DNA of 64,000 nucleotides from Sediminispirochaeta sp. (GTDB lineage Bacteria; Spirochaetota; Spirochaetia; B11-G9): NCBI GenBank assembly GCA_024763455.1, contig JANTFL010000002.1, positions 4,869 to 68,868 of the forward strand, read 5' to 3'. Shown piece by piece: positions 27,326 to 35,933 of this stretch (position 1 is its first letter; each line of letters starts with the position of its first letter). The notes under the pieces were generated by a model. It saw only the letters and a program-made list of their open reading frames with translations, ran no database searches and was not told where the DNA came from. The position numbers and the translations under genes were made by a program.

Positions 27326-28487
27326 ACCCATTCCATTTGCCCTCCCCTCTCTGGGGAAAGAGGAGGAAGAAGCTGCATTGAGAGTCCTCAGGAGCGGCTG
27401 GCTGACGACGGGATCTGAAGCACGGGAATTTGAAAAAGAATTTTCTTCCTATGTTGGATCCCGGCATTCCCTGGCAGTGAACTCTGCCACAGCGGGTCTT
27501 CATCTGTGTCTCGAAGCTCTTGGTGTTAAAAAAGGGGACAGAGTAATAACAACACCCTACACCTTTACCGCTACTGCTGAGGTTATCCGTTACCTTGGAG
27601 CGGACCCTTTATTCGTGGATATTGATCCTGAATCCTTTAACCTTGATCCGGCATCAGTCACTAGAGTATTAAAGTCCGTAAAAGGAGTAAAGGGACTTCT
27701 TCCGGTTCATATCGGCGGCAGACCTGCTGCCATTGAAGAACTGAACCGTATCAAAGAAGACCGGGATCTATTCCTGCTGGAAGATGCAGCACATGCATTT
27801 CCGCTGGTTTACCGGGATAGATTCCTGGGAACATGGGGGGATGCAGGTGTGTATTCCTTCTATGCCACAAAGACCATTACAACCGGAGAGGGCGGAATGG
27901 TTGTCACTGATAACGGTGATCTTGCAAAGAGGATCTCCACTATGCGGCTCCATGGAATAGACAGGGAAGTATGGGACAGGTATACCTCAAAAGAGGCTTC
28001 CTGGATGTACCGGGTTGTAGAAGCAGGATACAAGTACAATATGCCCGATATCCTGGCTGCCATAGGGAGGGAGCAACTGAAAAAAGGGGAAATGTTTTTC
28101 CGGAAAAGAAAAAAAATTGCTGAATTTTATCAGAAGACCCTTGGAGACCTTGATTTTCTCAGTACCCCTACTCCCGGGGGAGAAAATGCCTGGCATTTGT
28201 ACATGGTACGGCTGAAAACAGATAAACTCTCAATTGGAAGAGATACTTTTGTAAAACTTCTACAGGCTGAGGGAATCGGAACCTCTGTCCACTATATACC
28301 GCTACACATAATGCCTTATTACAGGGATACATACGGCTACAAGCCGGAAGACTTTCCCAATACCATGAAGGTTTTCGAATCAGTTTTCAGTTTACCAATC
28401 TACCCGGGAATGAGCGAAGAGCAATACACCAGGGTGGCAGAAACGGTGAAAAGTATAGGGAAAAACCATTATAGAGGAAAAAGGTAA
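27309..28487 (+). CDS. DegT/DnrJ/EryC1/StrS-family nucleotide-sugar aminotransferase (PglE-like)
   Basis: LGKEEEEAALRVLRSGWLT, DAAHAF, and YSFYATKTITTGEGGMV with the catalytic Lys retained. Confidence 0.9.
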   Translation: MNQKSKPIPFALPSLGKEEEEAALRVLRSGWLTTGSEAREFEKEFSSYVGSRHSLAVNSATAGLHLCLEALGVKKGDRVITTPYTFTATAEVIRYLGADPLFVDIDPESFNLDPASVTRVLKSVKGVKGLLPVHIGGRPAAIEELNRIKEDRDLFLLEDAAHAFPLVYRDRFLGTWGDAGVYSFYATKTITTGEGGMVVTDNGDLAKRISTMRLHGIDREVWDRYTSKEASWMYRVVEAGYKYNMPDILAAIGREQLKKGEMFFRKRKKIAEFYQKTLGDLDFLSTPTPGGENAWHLYMVRLKTDKLSIGRDTFVKLLQAEGIGTSVHYIPLHIMPYYRDTYGYKPEDFPNTMKVFESVFSLPIYPGMSEEQYTRVAETVKSIGKNHYRGKR

Positions 28488-30544
28488 TGGAAACCGAGTA
28501 TTTCGATATCGATACCCTTTCCCCGAAAAATGTTTTAACCGCTATTATTATCCGCTCGCCTCAGCCTACCGGTACGATCAAAGCAATTGAATTCCCCCCT
28601 TTGCCTGATGGATATTTTTCTCTTACCTATAAAGATATTCCCGGAGAAAATTTCATTCAGGTTGCAGCCGAAAAGATGCCTCTTTTGTGCGAGAAGGAAA
28701 TCTCCTACAAGGGTGAGCCCATAGCAGTGGTCTGCGGGCCTGAAAGAAGCAAAGTCCTTTCCCTCTGCAGGAGCACCAAAATAATTTCAGAGACAAATTA
28801 CACTTTCAAGGCATTTAAAGGGTACTCCCATGACCAGATTATAAAAGAGAAACAGTTCACAAAAGGAAATCCGGAAAAAATTTTCGAAGATGCTGCTAGT
28901 ATAGTTGAGGGGACGTACCATACCGCTGCAAGAAAAGCGCGCTTTACCAGTTATCAAGGGGTTCTAGCCGGCTACACAAAAGGTATCATGGAGATCCAAA
29001 CAGAAACCCAATGGCCGTTCCACCTCAGGAATACAGTAGCTAAAGTGTGCTCTTTACCCCCGGATACGGTAAAAACTGCAATTGGAAAGTTCAATCCCAC
29101 TTACGATGAAAAACTTATAGTACCTACTATCTACGCTTCCCTGGCAGCTCTTCTGTCACTTAAAACTGGAAAACAGGTAAGGTTTATACCGGACAGAGAA
29201 GAGCTGATAGATTTCAGCAGCCGAAAACCGGAAGTATTTATAAAAAGGAAATCTGCGGTTGATGAAAAGGGAAAGATTACAGCAGAAATTATCGATATTG
29301 AGGTTAATTTCGGAGCATATCCCCTTTTCGCCGACGAAATTCTTACCCAACTTATAATAGGAGCTGCAGGATCCTATTCCATACCCAATCTGTCAATCAA
29401 ATGCAGTGGAATCACAACCAGTGAACCTCCCATGAATGTCTTTAACGGCCTCAGCCTTTCCGCGGGAGTTTTCTCCTGCGAAGCACATCTGTCCAGAATA
29501 GCCGAGATAAACAGCTGCAATCCGGGAGACTGGCGGTTAAAGTACCTGCCCGGGAAACCTGCATATATTCCGACTGGAGGAATAGAAAAAAACTTTAAGG
29601 GGAAGGAACTTCTTGAGCAGATTATTCGTACATCGGATTTTAACAGGAAATACTCAGCTTATGAAGTTTTAAGAAAACACAGGAAACCGGGCAGGGTATC
29701 ACGGGAACTTCTTCGGGGAATCGGAATTTCTTTTGGGTTTGCCGGAAACGGATTCTCCGGGAGAAAAGAAAGCGGAGAATCGCACACCGTTGCTGTAAAA
29801 CTTGACAGAGACAACAAAGTAACAATTAGAAGCAGCGCAAATGGATCCTCTTCGACGGCAGTTTGGAAGGAAACAGCATCTTCTATACTGACTGTAGATG
29901 CAGATTCGGTAAAAATTCTAAAAGGGGATACCTCAACCCTCCCGAATTCAGGTCCTTCTTTTCTTGGCAATGATATAAGCGTTGTAACAAGTCTTGTTGA
30001 AAAGTGCTGCCTTGCCATAAAAAAACAGAGGTTTCATAAAGCCCTTCCAATTGAGGTTAAGAGATCCTACCGCTCTTCCGGCGTAAAAAAATGGGATCCT
30101 GAAAAACTTAAAGGAATGCCCTTCAATTCCCTTTCCTGGGGGGCTGTAGTCGTTGAAATTGAGATAGATCCTGTTTTTCTACGGCCGATTGTAAGAGCAT
30201 TATGGATGATAGTTGACAGTGGAAGACTCTATAATCGAGTCATTGCCGTTAAATCCCTTGAATCATCGATACTCGAAACCCTTGAATGGATTGTAACCGA
30301 AGATGAAGTAACCTCCCCGTCCGTAACTGATACAGGATTCAATACACCTCTGCAGAGGAGGTTACCGGATCTTTCGGTGATCCTGTCTGAAAGAAGAAAG
30401 AATATTACAGGAGGAATCTCACAGCTGCCTGATACCCTTATCCCCGCAGCTGTTATTTCTGCAGTATCCCAGGCAGCAGGGATCTATCCCGATTCACTTC
30501 CCATAACACCGCAGATCCTCTACAAACAAATGGAGGGAGTATGA
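28487..30544 (+). CDS. Xanthine dehydrogenase/aldehyde oxidase-family large (Mo-binding-type) subunit, apparently degenerate
   Basis: The N-terminal a/b-hammerhead-like region (IIRSPQPTGTIKAIEF...YKDIPGENF...ISYKGEPIAVVCGP) and the downstream fold landmarks (TETQ, NFGAYP, YSIPN) are present. The GGGFGGK, FRGFG and GVGE motifs are replaced (see finding). Confidence 0.72.
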   Translation: METEYFDIDTLSPKNVLTAIIIRSPQPTGTIKAIEFPPLPDGYFSLTYKDIPGENFIQVAAEKMPLLCEKEISYKGEPIAVVCGPERSKVLSLCRSTKIISETNYTFKAFKGYSHDQIIKEKQFTKGNPEKIFEDAASIVEGTYHTAARKARFTSYQGVLAGYTKGIMEIQTETQWPFHLRNTVAKVCSLPPDTVKTAIGKFNPTYDEKLIVPTIYASLAALLSLKTGKQVRFIPDREELIDFSSRKPEVFIKRKSAVDEKGKITAEIIDIEVNFGAYPLFADEILTQLIIGAAGSYSIPNLSIKCSGITTSEPPMNVFNGLSLSAGVFSCEAHLSRIAEINSCNPGDWRLKYLPGKPAYIPTGGIEKNFKGKELLEQIIRTSDFNRKYSAYEVLRKHRKPGRVSRELLRGIGISFGFAGNGFSGRKESGESHTVAVKLDRDNKVTIRSSANGSSSTAVWKETASSILTVDADSVKILKGDTSTLPNSGPSFLGNDISVVTSLVEKCCLAIKKQRFHKALPIEVKRSYRSSGVKKWDPEKLKGMPFNSLSWGAVVVEIEIDPVFLRPIVRALWMIVDSGRLYNRVIAVKSLESSILETLEWIVTEDEVTSPSVTDTGFNTPLQRRLPDLSVILSERRKNITGGISQLPDTLIPAAVISAVSQAAGIYPDSLPITPQILYKQMEGV

Positions 30545-31023
30545 AAATTTCTTTCCTTTTAAACGGCAGGCAATTCGAAACAGAGGTATCCCCCACGATA
30601 CGGCTCTCGGATATCCTTAAAGCAAACAGTAAAATTACCAGTGTCCGCACATCCTGTATGAAGGGAGAGTGTAAAAGCTGCTCTGTTATTATCAACGGAG
30701 AAGTTGTTCCTTCATGTATGGTTCCTGCGTTTTCTGTCAGGGGGAGCGATATAGTAACCCTGGAAGGATTCAGCAAAACAAAGGACTACAATGATATAAT
30801 TCAGGCTTTCGAAGAAACAGGAGCATCTCCCTGCGATTTCTGCAGAGGAGGCACAATTCTGACAATCCAATCGATCCTTGAACGGTTTGCGGAACCGGAT
30901 GAACCTCAGATACTCGACGCATTCAATGGTAATATTTGCCCTTGCACCAATATAGGTCTTATTATAGAGTCGGTTAAAAGAGCAGCATTGTACAGAAAGA
31001 GGAAACGTATTGGAAGGAAATAG
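30541..31023 (+). CDS. [2Fe-2S]-binding small subunit of XDH/CoxS type
   Basis: Cluster I is C-x4-C-x2-C-x11-C (SCMKGECKSCSVIINGEVVPSC). Cluster II is C-x2-C ... C-x-C (SPCDFCRGG ... NICPCTN). All eight Cys are present. Confidence 0.88.
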   Translation: MKISFLLNGRQFETEVSPTIRLSDILKANSKITSVRTSCMKGECKSCSVIINGEVVPSCMVPAFSVRGSDIVTLEGFSKTKDYNDIIQAFEETGASPCDFCRGGTILTIQSILERFAEPDEPQILDAFNGNICPCTNIGLIIESVKRAALYRKRKRIGRK

Positions 31024-31867
31024 CCTTGGAAGAAATATATACGCACCGAAATCCCTCAACGAGCTTCTCCATTTGAGAGAACAGCACCCGGATACAATTT
31101 TATGGTCCGGGGGTACCGCCCTTTTGAGAATGCAAAAAGATCCAGTTCCTTTTTTCGAAAGAGATATTATTCATCTCTCCGGGGTAAACGAACTTAAAAA
31201 GGTACGGAGGACCGAACGATACCTGGAAATCGGAGCAGGAGTTCCGGTAAAAAAAATAATCAATGTTGGGCAGCACATACTTCCCTTTGCATTGGCCCAG
31301 GCCCTTATGAGTATCGGCTCTCCTGCGGTCAGAAATCTTGCAACAATAGGGGGAAATCTCGGCTTCAGAGACGGTCGGCTTAACTCTTTCAGCGTACTCA
31401 TGCTGATGGACAGCATTGTGGAGCTTAGAATGAGCGGGAAAAGCAGGTGGGTTCAGCTTGGAAGGCTGAACAGTATATCGGCGACCGAAGTCCTGACAAG
31501 AATCCGTATTCCATTCAGGAACTGGGATCTTCAGTACTTCAGGGCGATAGGAGATCCGCTTCTTCATCCCATGGATTCTCTTTCATTCACTGTTCTTGCT
31601 GAGACCAACAAGGGAATCATCTCAAACTTAAGATTTGCTGTAGGAAACATAGGAAAGAGTACCCTGCGGAGCATAGATTTTGAAACCTATCTTTCCGGTA
31701 AAAAACTCAGACTTTCAGGTAGAGAGCTTGAAACAGCGGTGAACATCTTTCAGTCATTTGTTCAGAACATTGAAGGTGATCTGACCCCATTCCAAAAGGA
31801 CCGGTCAATACGATTCGTCCGTTGGTTTCTTCGTGAGTTAAGGGACGTTTATATCTTTACAGAATAA
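31010..31867 (+). CDS. FAD-binding medium subunit of XDH/CoxM type
   Basis: SGGTALL and VRNLATIGGNLG (FAD_binding_5 signatures). TTG start 6 nt after GAGGA. Confidence 0.8.
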   Translation: MEGNSLGRNIYAPKSLNELLHLREQHPDTILWSGGTALLRMQKDPVPFFERDIIHLSGVNELKKVRRTERYLEIGAGVPVKKIINVGQHILPFALAQALMSIGSPAVRNLATIGGNLGFRDGRLNSFSVLMLMDSIVELRMSGKSRWVQLGRLNSISATEVLTRIRIPFRNWDLQYFRAIGDPLLHPMDSLSFTVLAETNKGIISNLRFAVGNIGKSTLRSIDFETYLSGKKLRLSGRELETAVNIFQSFVQNIEGDLTPFQKDRSIRFVRWFLRELRDVYIFTE

Positions 31868-31884
31868 CCCTGAAGCGGTATATT
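31856..31884 (+). promoter_or_regulatory. Putative sigma-70 promoter, leaderless-type (dnaE), inside the 3' end of the preceding gene
   Basis: TTTACA 31856-31861, 17-nt spacer, TATATT 31879-31884. ATG 31893 lies 8 nt downstream with no SD. Confidence 0.4.
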
Positions 31885-31892
31885 CATGATTA

Positions 31893-34800
31893 ATGTTAAA
31901 TGTACCTGACTTTGTTCACCTGCACAATCATACTGACTACTCTCTTCTCGATGGCGCTGTTTCAATAAAAAAAATGGTCAGCAGGGCTGTCGAGCTGGGA
32001 ATGAAACATCTGGCTATTACTGATCATGGGAATATGTTCGGTGCCCTTAGATTTTACAAAGAATGCAAGTCGCAGGGAATAAACCCCATTATAGGGTGCG
32101 AGTTCTACGTATCCTCAGTGAGCAGAAATATAAAGTCAAGCTCAGACAAAGAAAACCGTTACAACCACCTTGTTCTTCTTGCAAAGGACTACAAAGGGTA
32201 TAAAAACCTCATGATCCTTTCCTCCCTTGCTTACACAGAAGGATTTTACTATAAACCCCGGATAGATGATGAACTTCTCAGCATGTACCATGAAGGGCTG
32301 ATTTGTACAACCGCATGTCTTGCAGGGATAATTCCCAAATACATTGTCGAAGGAAACCATGAAGAGGCAAAAAAAAAGGCTCTCTTCTACAAGGATCTAT
32401 TTGGTGAAGGAAATTTTTACCTTGAGCTTCAGGATCACGGCATCCCTGAACAAAAGATAGCAAACGAAGGGATGATCCGCCTGTCGAGAGAAACAGGGAT
32501 CCCTCTCATTGCAACAAATGATATCCATTATCTTACAAAGGAAGACTCTAATGCCCAGGATATCCTGATCTGCATAGGAACCAACCGCAAAAAACACGAA
32601 GTGAACAGGATGAAATTTCACTCCAGCGAATTCTACATGAAGAGCAAGGAGGAAATGTTTGAGGTATTTAAAGAGATACCTGAAGCACTGTCGAACACCG
32701 TGAAACTTGCAGAAACCTGTAATCTGGAGATAGAATTGCCGGGACCACTGCTTCCGGACTATGAAATCCCCGATCAATACAGCTCCCCGGACGACTACCT
32801 GCGGGCTCTTACTGAAGCTGGACTTAAGGAACGGTACCCGGAAATTTCCGAAGAGATAAAAAAACGGATGGAGTACGAACTGGATATCATTATCGGGATG
32901 GGCTTTACCGGCTATTTCCTTATTGTCTGGGATTTTATCCATTTTGCACGGGAAAATGATATCCCTGTCGGCCCTGGAAGAGGATCAGGTGCAGGTTCCA
33001 TAGTGGCCTATTCATTAAAGATCACCGATATAGATCCTCTGAAATACGATCTTCTTTTTGAAAGATTTTTAAACCCGGAAAGGGTTTCAATGCCTGATTT
33101 TGATATTGATTTCTGCTTCGAAAGACGTCAGGAGGTTATAGACTATGTAACCCAGAAATACGGCAAGGACAGAGTCGGTCAGATTATTACCTTTGGAACC
33201 CTGAAAGCCAAAGCAGTTGTCCGTGATGTCGCCAGAGTTCTGGATATACCCTACTCCGAAGCAGACCAGATTTCAAAACTTATTCCTGCCGAAAACAAGA
33301 TTACCATAAAGGATGCTCTTGAGAAAGAACCGAAGCTCAAGGAGTATCAGAATAGAGGAGAACTCTACAAAGAGTTAATTGATACCGGAGAAAGACTCGA
33401 AGGACTTTCCAGACATGCCTCTACTCACGCAGCAGGGGTAGTAATCGGGAAATCAACCCTTACTGATTACGTACCGTTATACCGTGATGCAAAGACAGGT
33501 TCAATCTCCACCCAGTACACCATGGATCAGTTAGAGGAGTGCGGTCTGGTCAAGATGGACTTTCTCGGTCTCAAAACATTGACTCTTATCAAGCATACCG
33601 AAGATATTATAAGAAAAAAAGGGATCGACTTCAGTGCAGACAAGATCCCTGACGATGATCCAAAAACCTTCAAACTCCTTGGAGAAGGAAAGAGTGTTAG
33701 TGTATTCCAGTTTGAAAGCTCCGGTATGCAGGGGATCCTTAAACAGGCTAAACCGAACTCCATTGAAGACCTTATTGCATTAAACGCCCTCTACCGTCCG
33801 GGACCAATGCAGTACATTCCCCAATTTATCGACAGCAAGATGGGAAGAATGCCGATAAAGTATCCCCACCCTAATCTGGAAGAGGTACTGAAGCCCACCT
33901 ACGGCGTTATTGTATACCAGGAACAGGTTATGAAGGTTGCCCAGATAATAGGCGGCTTCTCCCTCGGTAAAGCGGATATTCTCCGGAGGGCAATGGGTAA
34001 AAAGAAAGTAAAAGAGATGGAAAAGATGAAGGTGGAGTTCATCGAAGGAGCCAAAGGCCAGGGCTACTCTGAAAAACAGGCCTCTGACATCTTTGAAATG
34101 CTCAAACCGTTTGCAGGATACGGGTTTAATAAATCCCATGCAGCGGCATACTCGGTGGTTGCATACAAGACTGCATACCTCAAAGCAAACTTCCCGGCGG
34201 AGTTCATGGCTGCGAACCTTACCAACGAAATTAACAGCCCTGACAAACTCACCCAGTATATTAATGAAACAAAAACCATGGGGATAAAGATCCTGCCCCC
34301 GGATATAAATCTTTCCGATAAAAAATTTACTGTTGAAAACGGCAGTATAGTGTATGGACTGGTGGGGATAAAGAATATTGGTGAAGCAGCTGTTGATGAG
34401 ATTATCAACACCAGAGAGGAGAAAGGAAAATTTGAATCCTTTCTGGACTTCCTGTACAAGGTTGACCTCAGGAGTGTAAACAGAAAGGTAATAGAATCGC
34501 TTATTAAGTGCGGGGCTTTTGATTCCTTCAATACCGGCAGGGCTACTTTAAACCATAACCTTGATACAATGCTTGAATATACGAACAAACGAAAAGAGAG
34601 TGAGATGTTCGGTCAAACATCACTTTTCGACAACTCTTCAGAAACTCAGCTTCCTCAGCTGAGGATGGAAACGGTGGAAGAGTGGCCCCAGATGGACAAC
34701 CTGAAGAATGAAAAGGAACTTCTGGGATATTACTTTTCGGGACACCCTTTGGACAAATATAAAAGGATTTGGAAAAAAAGTACAAATCTTGACCTGGCTG

Positions 34801-35324
34801 CCCCTGAACATCTGTCTGCAGACCGGAAATATACCATAATGGGAATGATAAACGATGTAAGGGTTATTCAGACTAAAAGAGGGAAACCCATGGCATTTGT
34901 ACAGCTTGAGGACTTTAACGGTTCTATTGAGCTTGTTATTTTTTCCAAAATCTGGGAAGAGAAAGGGATGCTCATCCAGAAAGATGGTATCTCAGGATTT
35001 TCGGGAAAAATCGATCTTTCCAGAGATGATCCGAAGTTTATTGTTGATGACGTTTTCCCTCCGGAAAATCTCAAGAAGGTAAAGACTTCGGAGATACACA
35101 TAAAGATGAACAGGGCGATATGTCAGGAGGAAGAACTTGTATCGTTCAGGGAGTACCTTATGGATTTTATTGGAAACTGCACGGTTTTTCTTCATTTGCC
35201 ATCCGTAAATTCCGGAAACGATACTGTTATAAAAGCCTCCCGACAAATAAAACTGGAACCATCCGGTAACGTGATAGAATCCATCAAAGAATATCCCAAC
35301 ATCGAAGATGTCTGGACGGCTTAA
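31893..35324 (+). CDS. dnaE: DNA polymerase III alpha subunit
   Basis: 1143 aa. PHP domain FVHLHNHTDYSLLDG, catalytic region GPGRGSGAGS...PDFDIDF, and an OB-fold C-terminus. Confidence 0.97.
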   Translation: MLNVPDFVHLHNHTDYSLLDGAVSIKKMVSRAVELGMKHLAITDHGNMFGALRFYKECKSQGINPIIGCEFYVSSVSRNIKSSSDKENRYNHLVLLAKDYKGYKNLMILSSLAYTEGFYYKPRIDDELLSMYHEGLICTTACLAGIIPKYIVEGNHEEAKKKALFYKDLFGEGNFYLELQDHGIPEQKIANEGMIRLSRETGIPLIATNDIHYLTKEDSNAQDILICIGTNRKKHEVNRMKFHSSEFYMKSKEEMFEVFKEIPEALSNTVKLAETCNLEIELPGPLLPDYEIPDQYSSPDDYLRALTEAGLKERYPEISEEIKKRMEYELDIIIGMGFTGYFLIVWDFIHFARENDIPVGPGRGSGAGSIVAYSLKITDIDPLKYDLLFERFLNPERVSMPDFDIDFCFERRQEVIDYVTQKYGKDRVGQIITFGTLKAKAVVRDVARVLDIPYSEADQISKLIPAENKITIKDALEKEPKLKEYQNRGELYKELIDTGERLEGLSRHASTHAAGVVIGKSTLTDYVPLYRDAKTGSISTQYTMDQLEECGLVKMDFLGLKTLTLIKHTEDIIRKKGIDFSADKIPDDDPKTFKLLGEGKSVSVFQFESSGMQGILKQAKPNSIEDLIALNALYRPGPMQYIPQFIDSKMGRMPIKYPHPNLEEVLKPTYGVIVYQEQVMKVAQIIGGFSLGKADILRRAMGKKKVKEMEKMKVEFIEGAKGQGYSEKQASDIFEMLKPFAGYGFNKSHAAAYSVVAYKTAYLKANFPAEFMAANLTNEINSPDKLTQYINETKTMGIKILPPDINLSDKKFTVENGSIVYGLVGIKNIGEAAVDEIINTREEKGKFESFLDFLYKVDLRSVNRKVIESLIKCGAFDSFNTGRATLNHNLDTMLEYTNKRKESEMFGQTSLFDNSSETQLPQLRMETVEEWPQMDNLKNEKELLGYYFSGHPLDKYKRIWKKSTNLDLAAPEHLSADRKYTIMGMINDVRVIQTKRGKPMAFVQLEDFNGSIELVIFSKIWEEKGMLIQKDGISGFSGKIDLSRDDPKFIVDDVFPPENLKKVKTSEIHIKMNRAICQEEELVSFREYLMDFIGNCTVFLHLPSVNSGNDTVIKASRQIKLEPSGNVIESIKEYPNIEDVWTA

Positions 35325-35342
35325 CATAAAGGAGTCATTTTT

Positions 35343-35930
35343 ATGCTTACAATATTAAAAATTATATCAAGTCTTGTTTCAGGATACATGCTGCTCATAT
35401 TCATACGGGTACTTTTAACATGGTTTTCCAGAGGGACGCTGGGTAAAGCGGAAGAGTTTTTGGGAATGGTAACCGATCCTTACCTGAATTATTTCCGGAA
35501 ATTCTCTTTCCTGAGGATTGGAATGATCGATATGTCACCGGTAGCAGGTATTATTGTTCTGGTTGTTATTCTGAATATGCTCAACACGATTCTGGCCTAC
35601 GGTAAAATCACTGTAGGGATAACCCTTTCCATAATTCTCGCAGCTCTCTGGTCTGCAGTATCATTTTTACTAACCCTTTACATTGTTCTAATTGCAATCA
35701 GGCTGTTTATGGAGCTGTTTCAGCCCAATACCTACTCTCCTTTTAAAACAACTCTTGATGCACTGGTTAACCCTGTTACAGCCTATGTAAAAAACACCAT
35801 TGCTAAAAAGAATTTTCTTTCATACAAGGTTCAGATGGCAATGACAGGGGGAATATTTGTTGCCCTTTCCATAGCCGGAGATATGCTTGTTAAAGGATTA
35901 TCAGGTGTCCTTTTAAAGATTCCCTTTTAG
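35343..35930 (+). CDS. yggT: YggT-family integral membrane protein (two YggT repeats)
   Basis: 195 aa with 4-5 TM helices. Motif LIFIRVLLTWF...DPYLNYFRK. SD AAGGAG. Confidence 0.8.
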   Translation: MLTILKIISSLVSGYMLLIFIRVLLTWFSRGTLGKAEEFLGMVTDPYLNYFRKFSFLRIGMIDMSPVAGIIVLVVILNMLNTILAYGKITVGITLSIILAALWSAVSFLLTLYIVLIAIRLFMELFQPNTYSPFKTTLDALVNPVTAYVKNTIAKKNFLSYKVQMAMTGGIFVALSIAGDMLVKGLSGVLLKIPF

Positions 35931-35933
35931 AAC

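Noticed and set aside
27309-28487. Idea that the DegT homologue is an E1/ColD-type PMP-dependent 3-dehydrase served by the FAD/[2Fe-2S] subunits.
   Set aside because: The active-site Lys is retained (YSFYATK), whereas E1/ColD-type dehydrases have His at that position. I also see no extra Cys cluster for an Fe-S centre in this protein.
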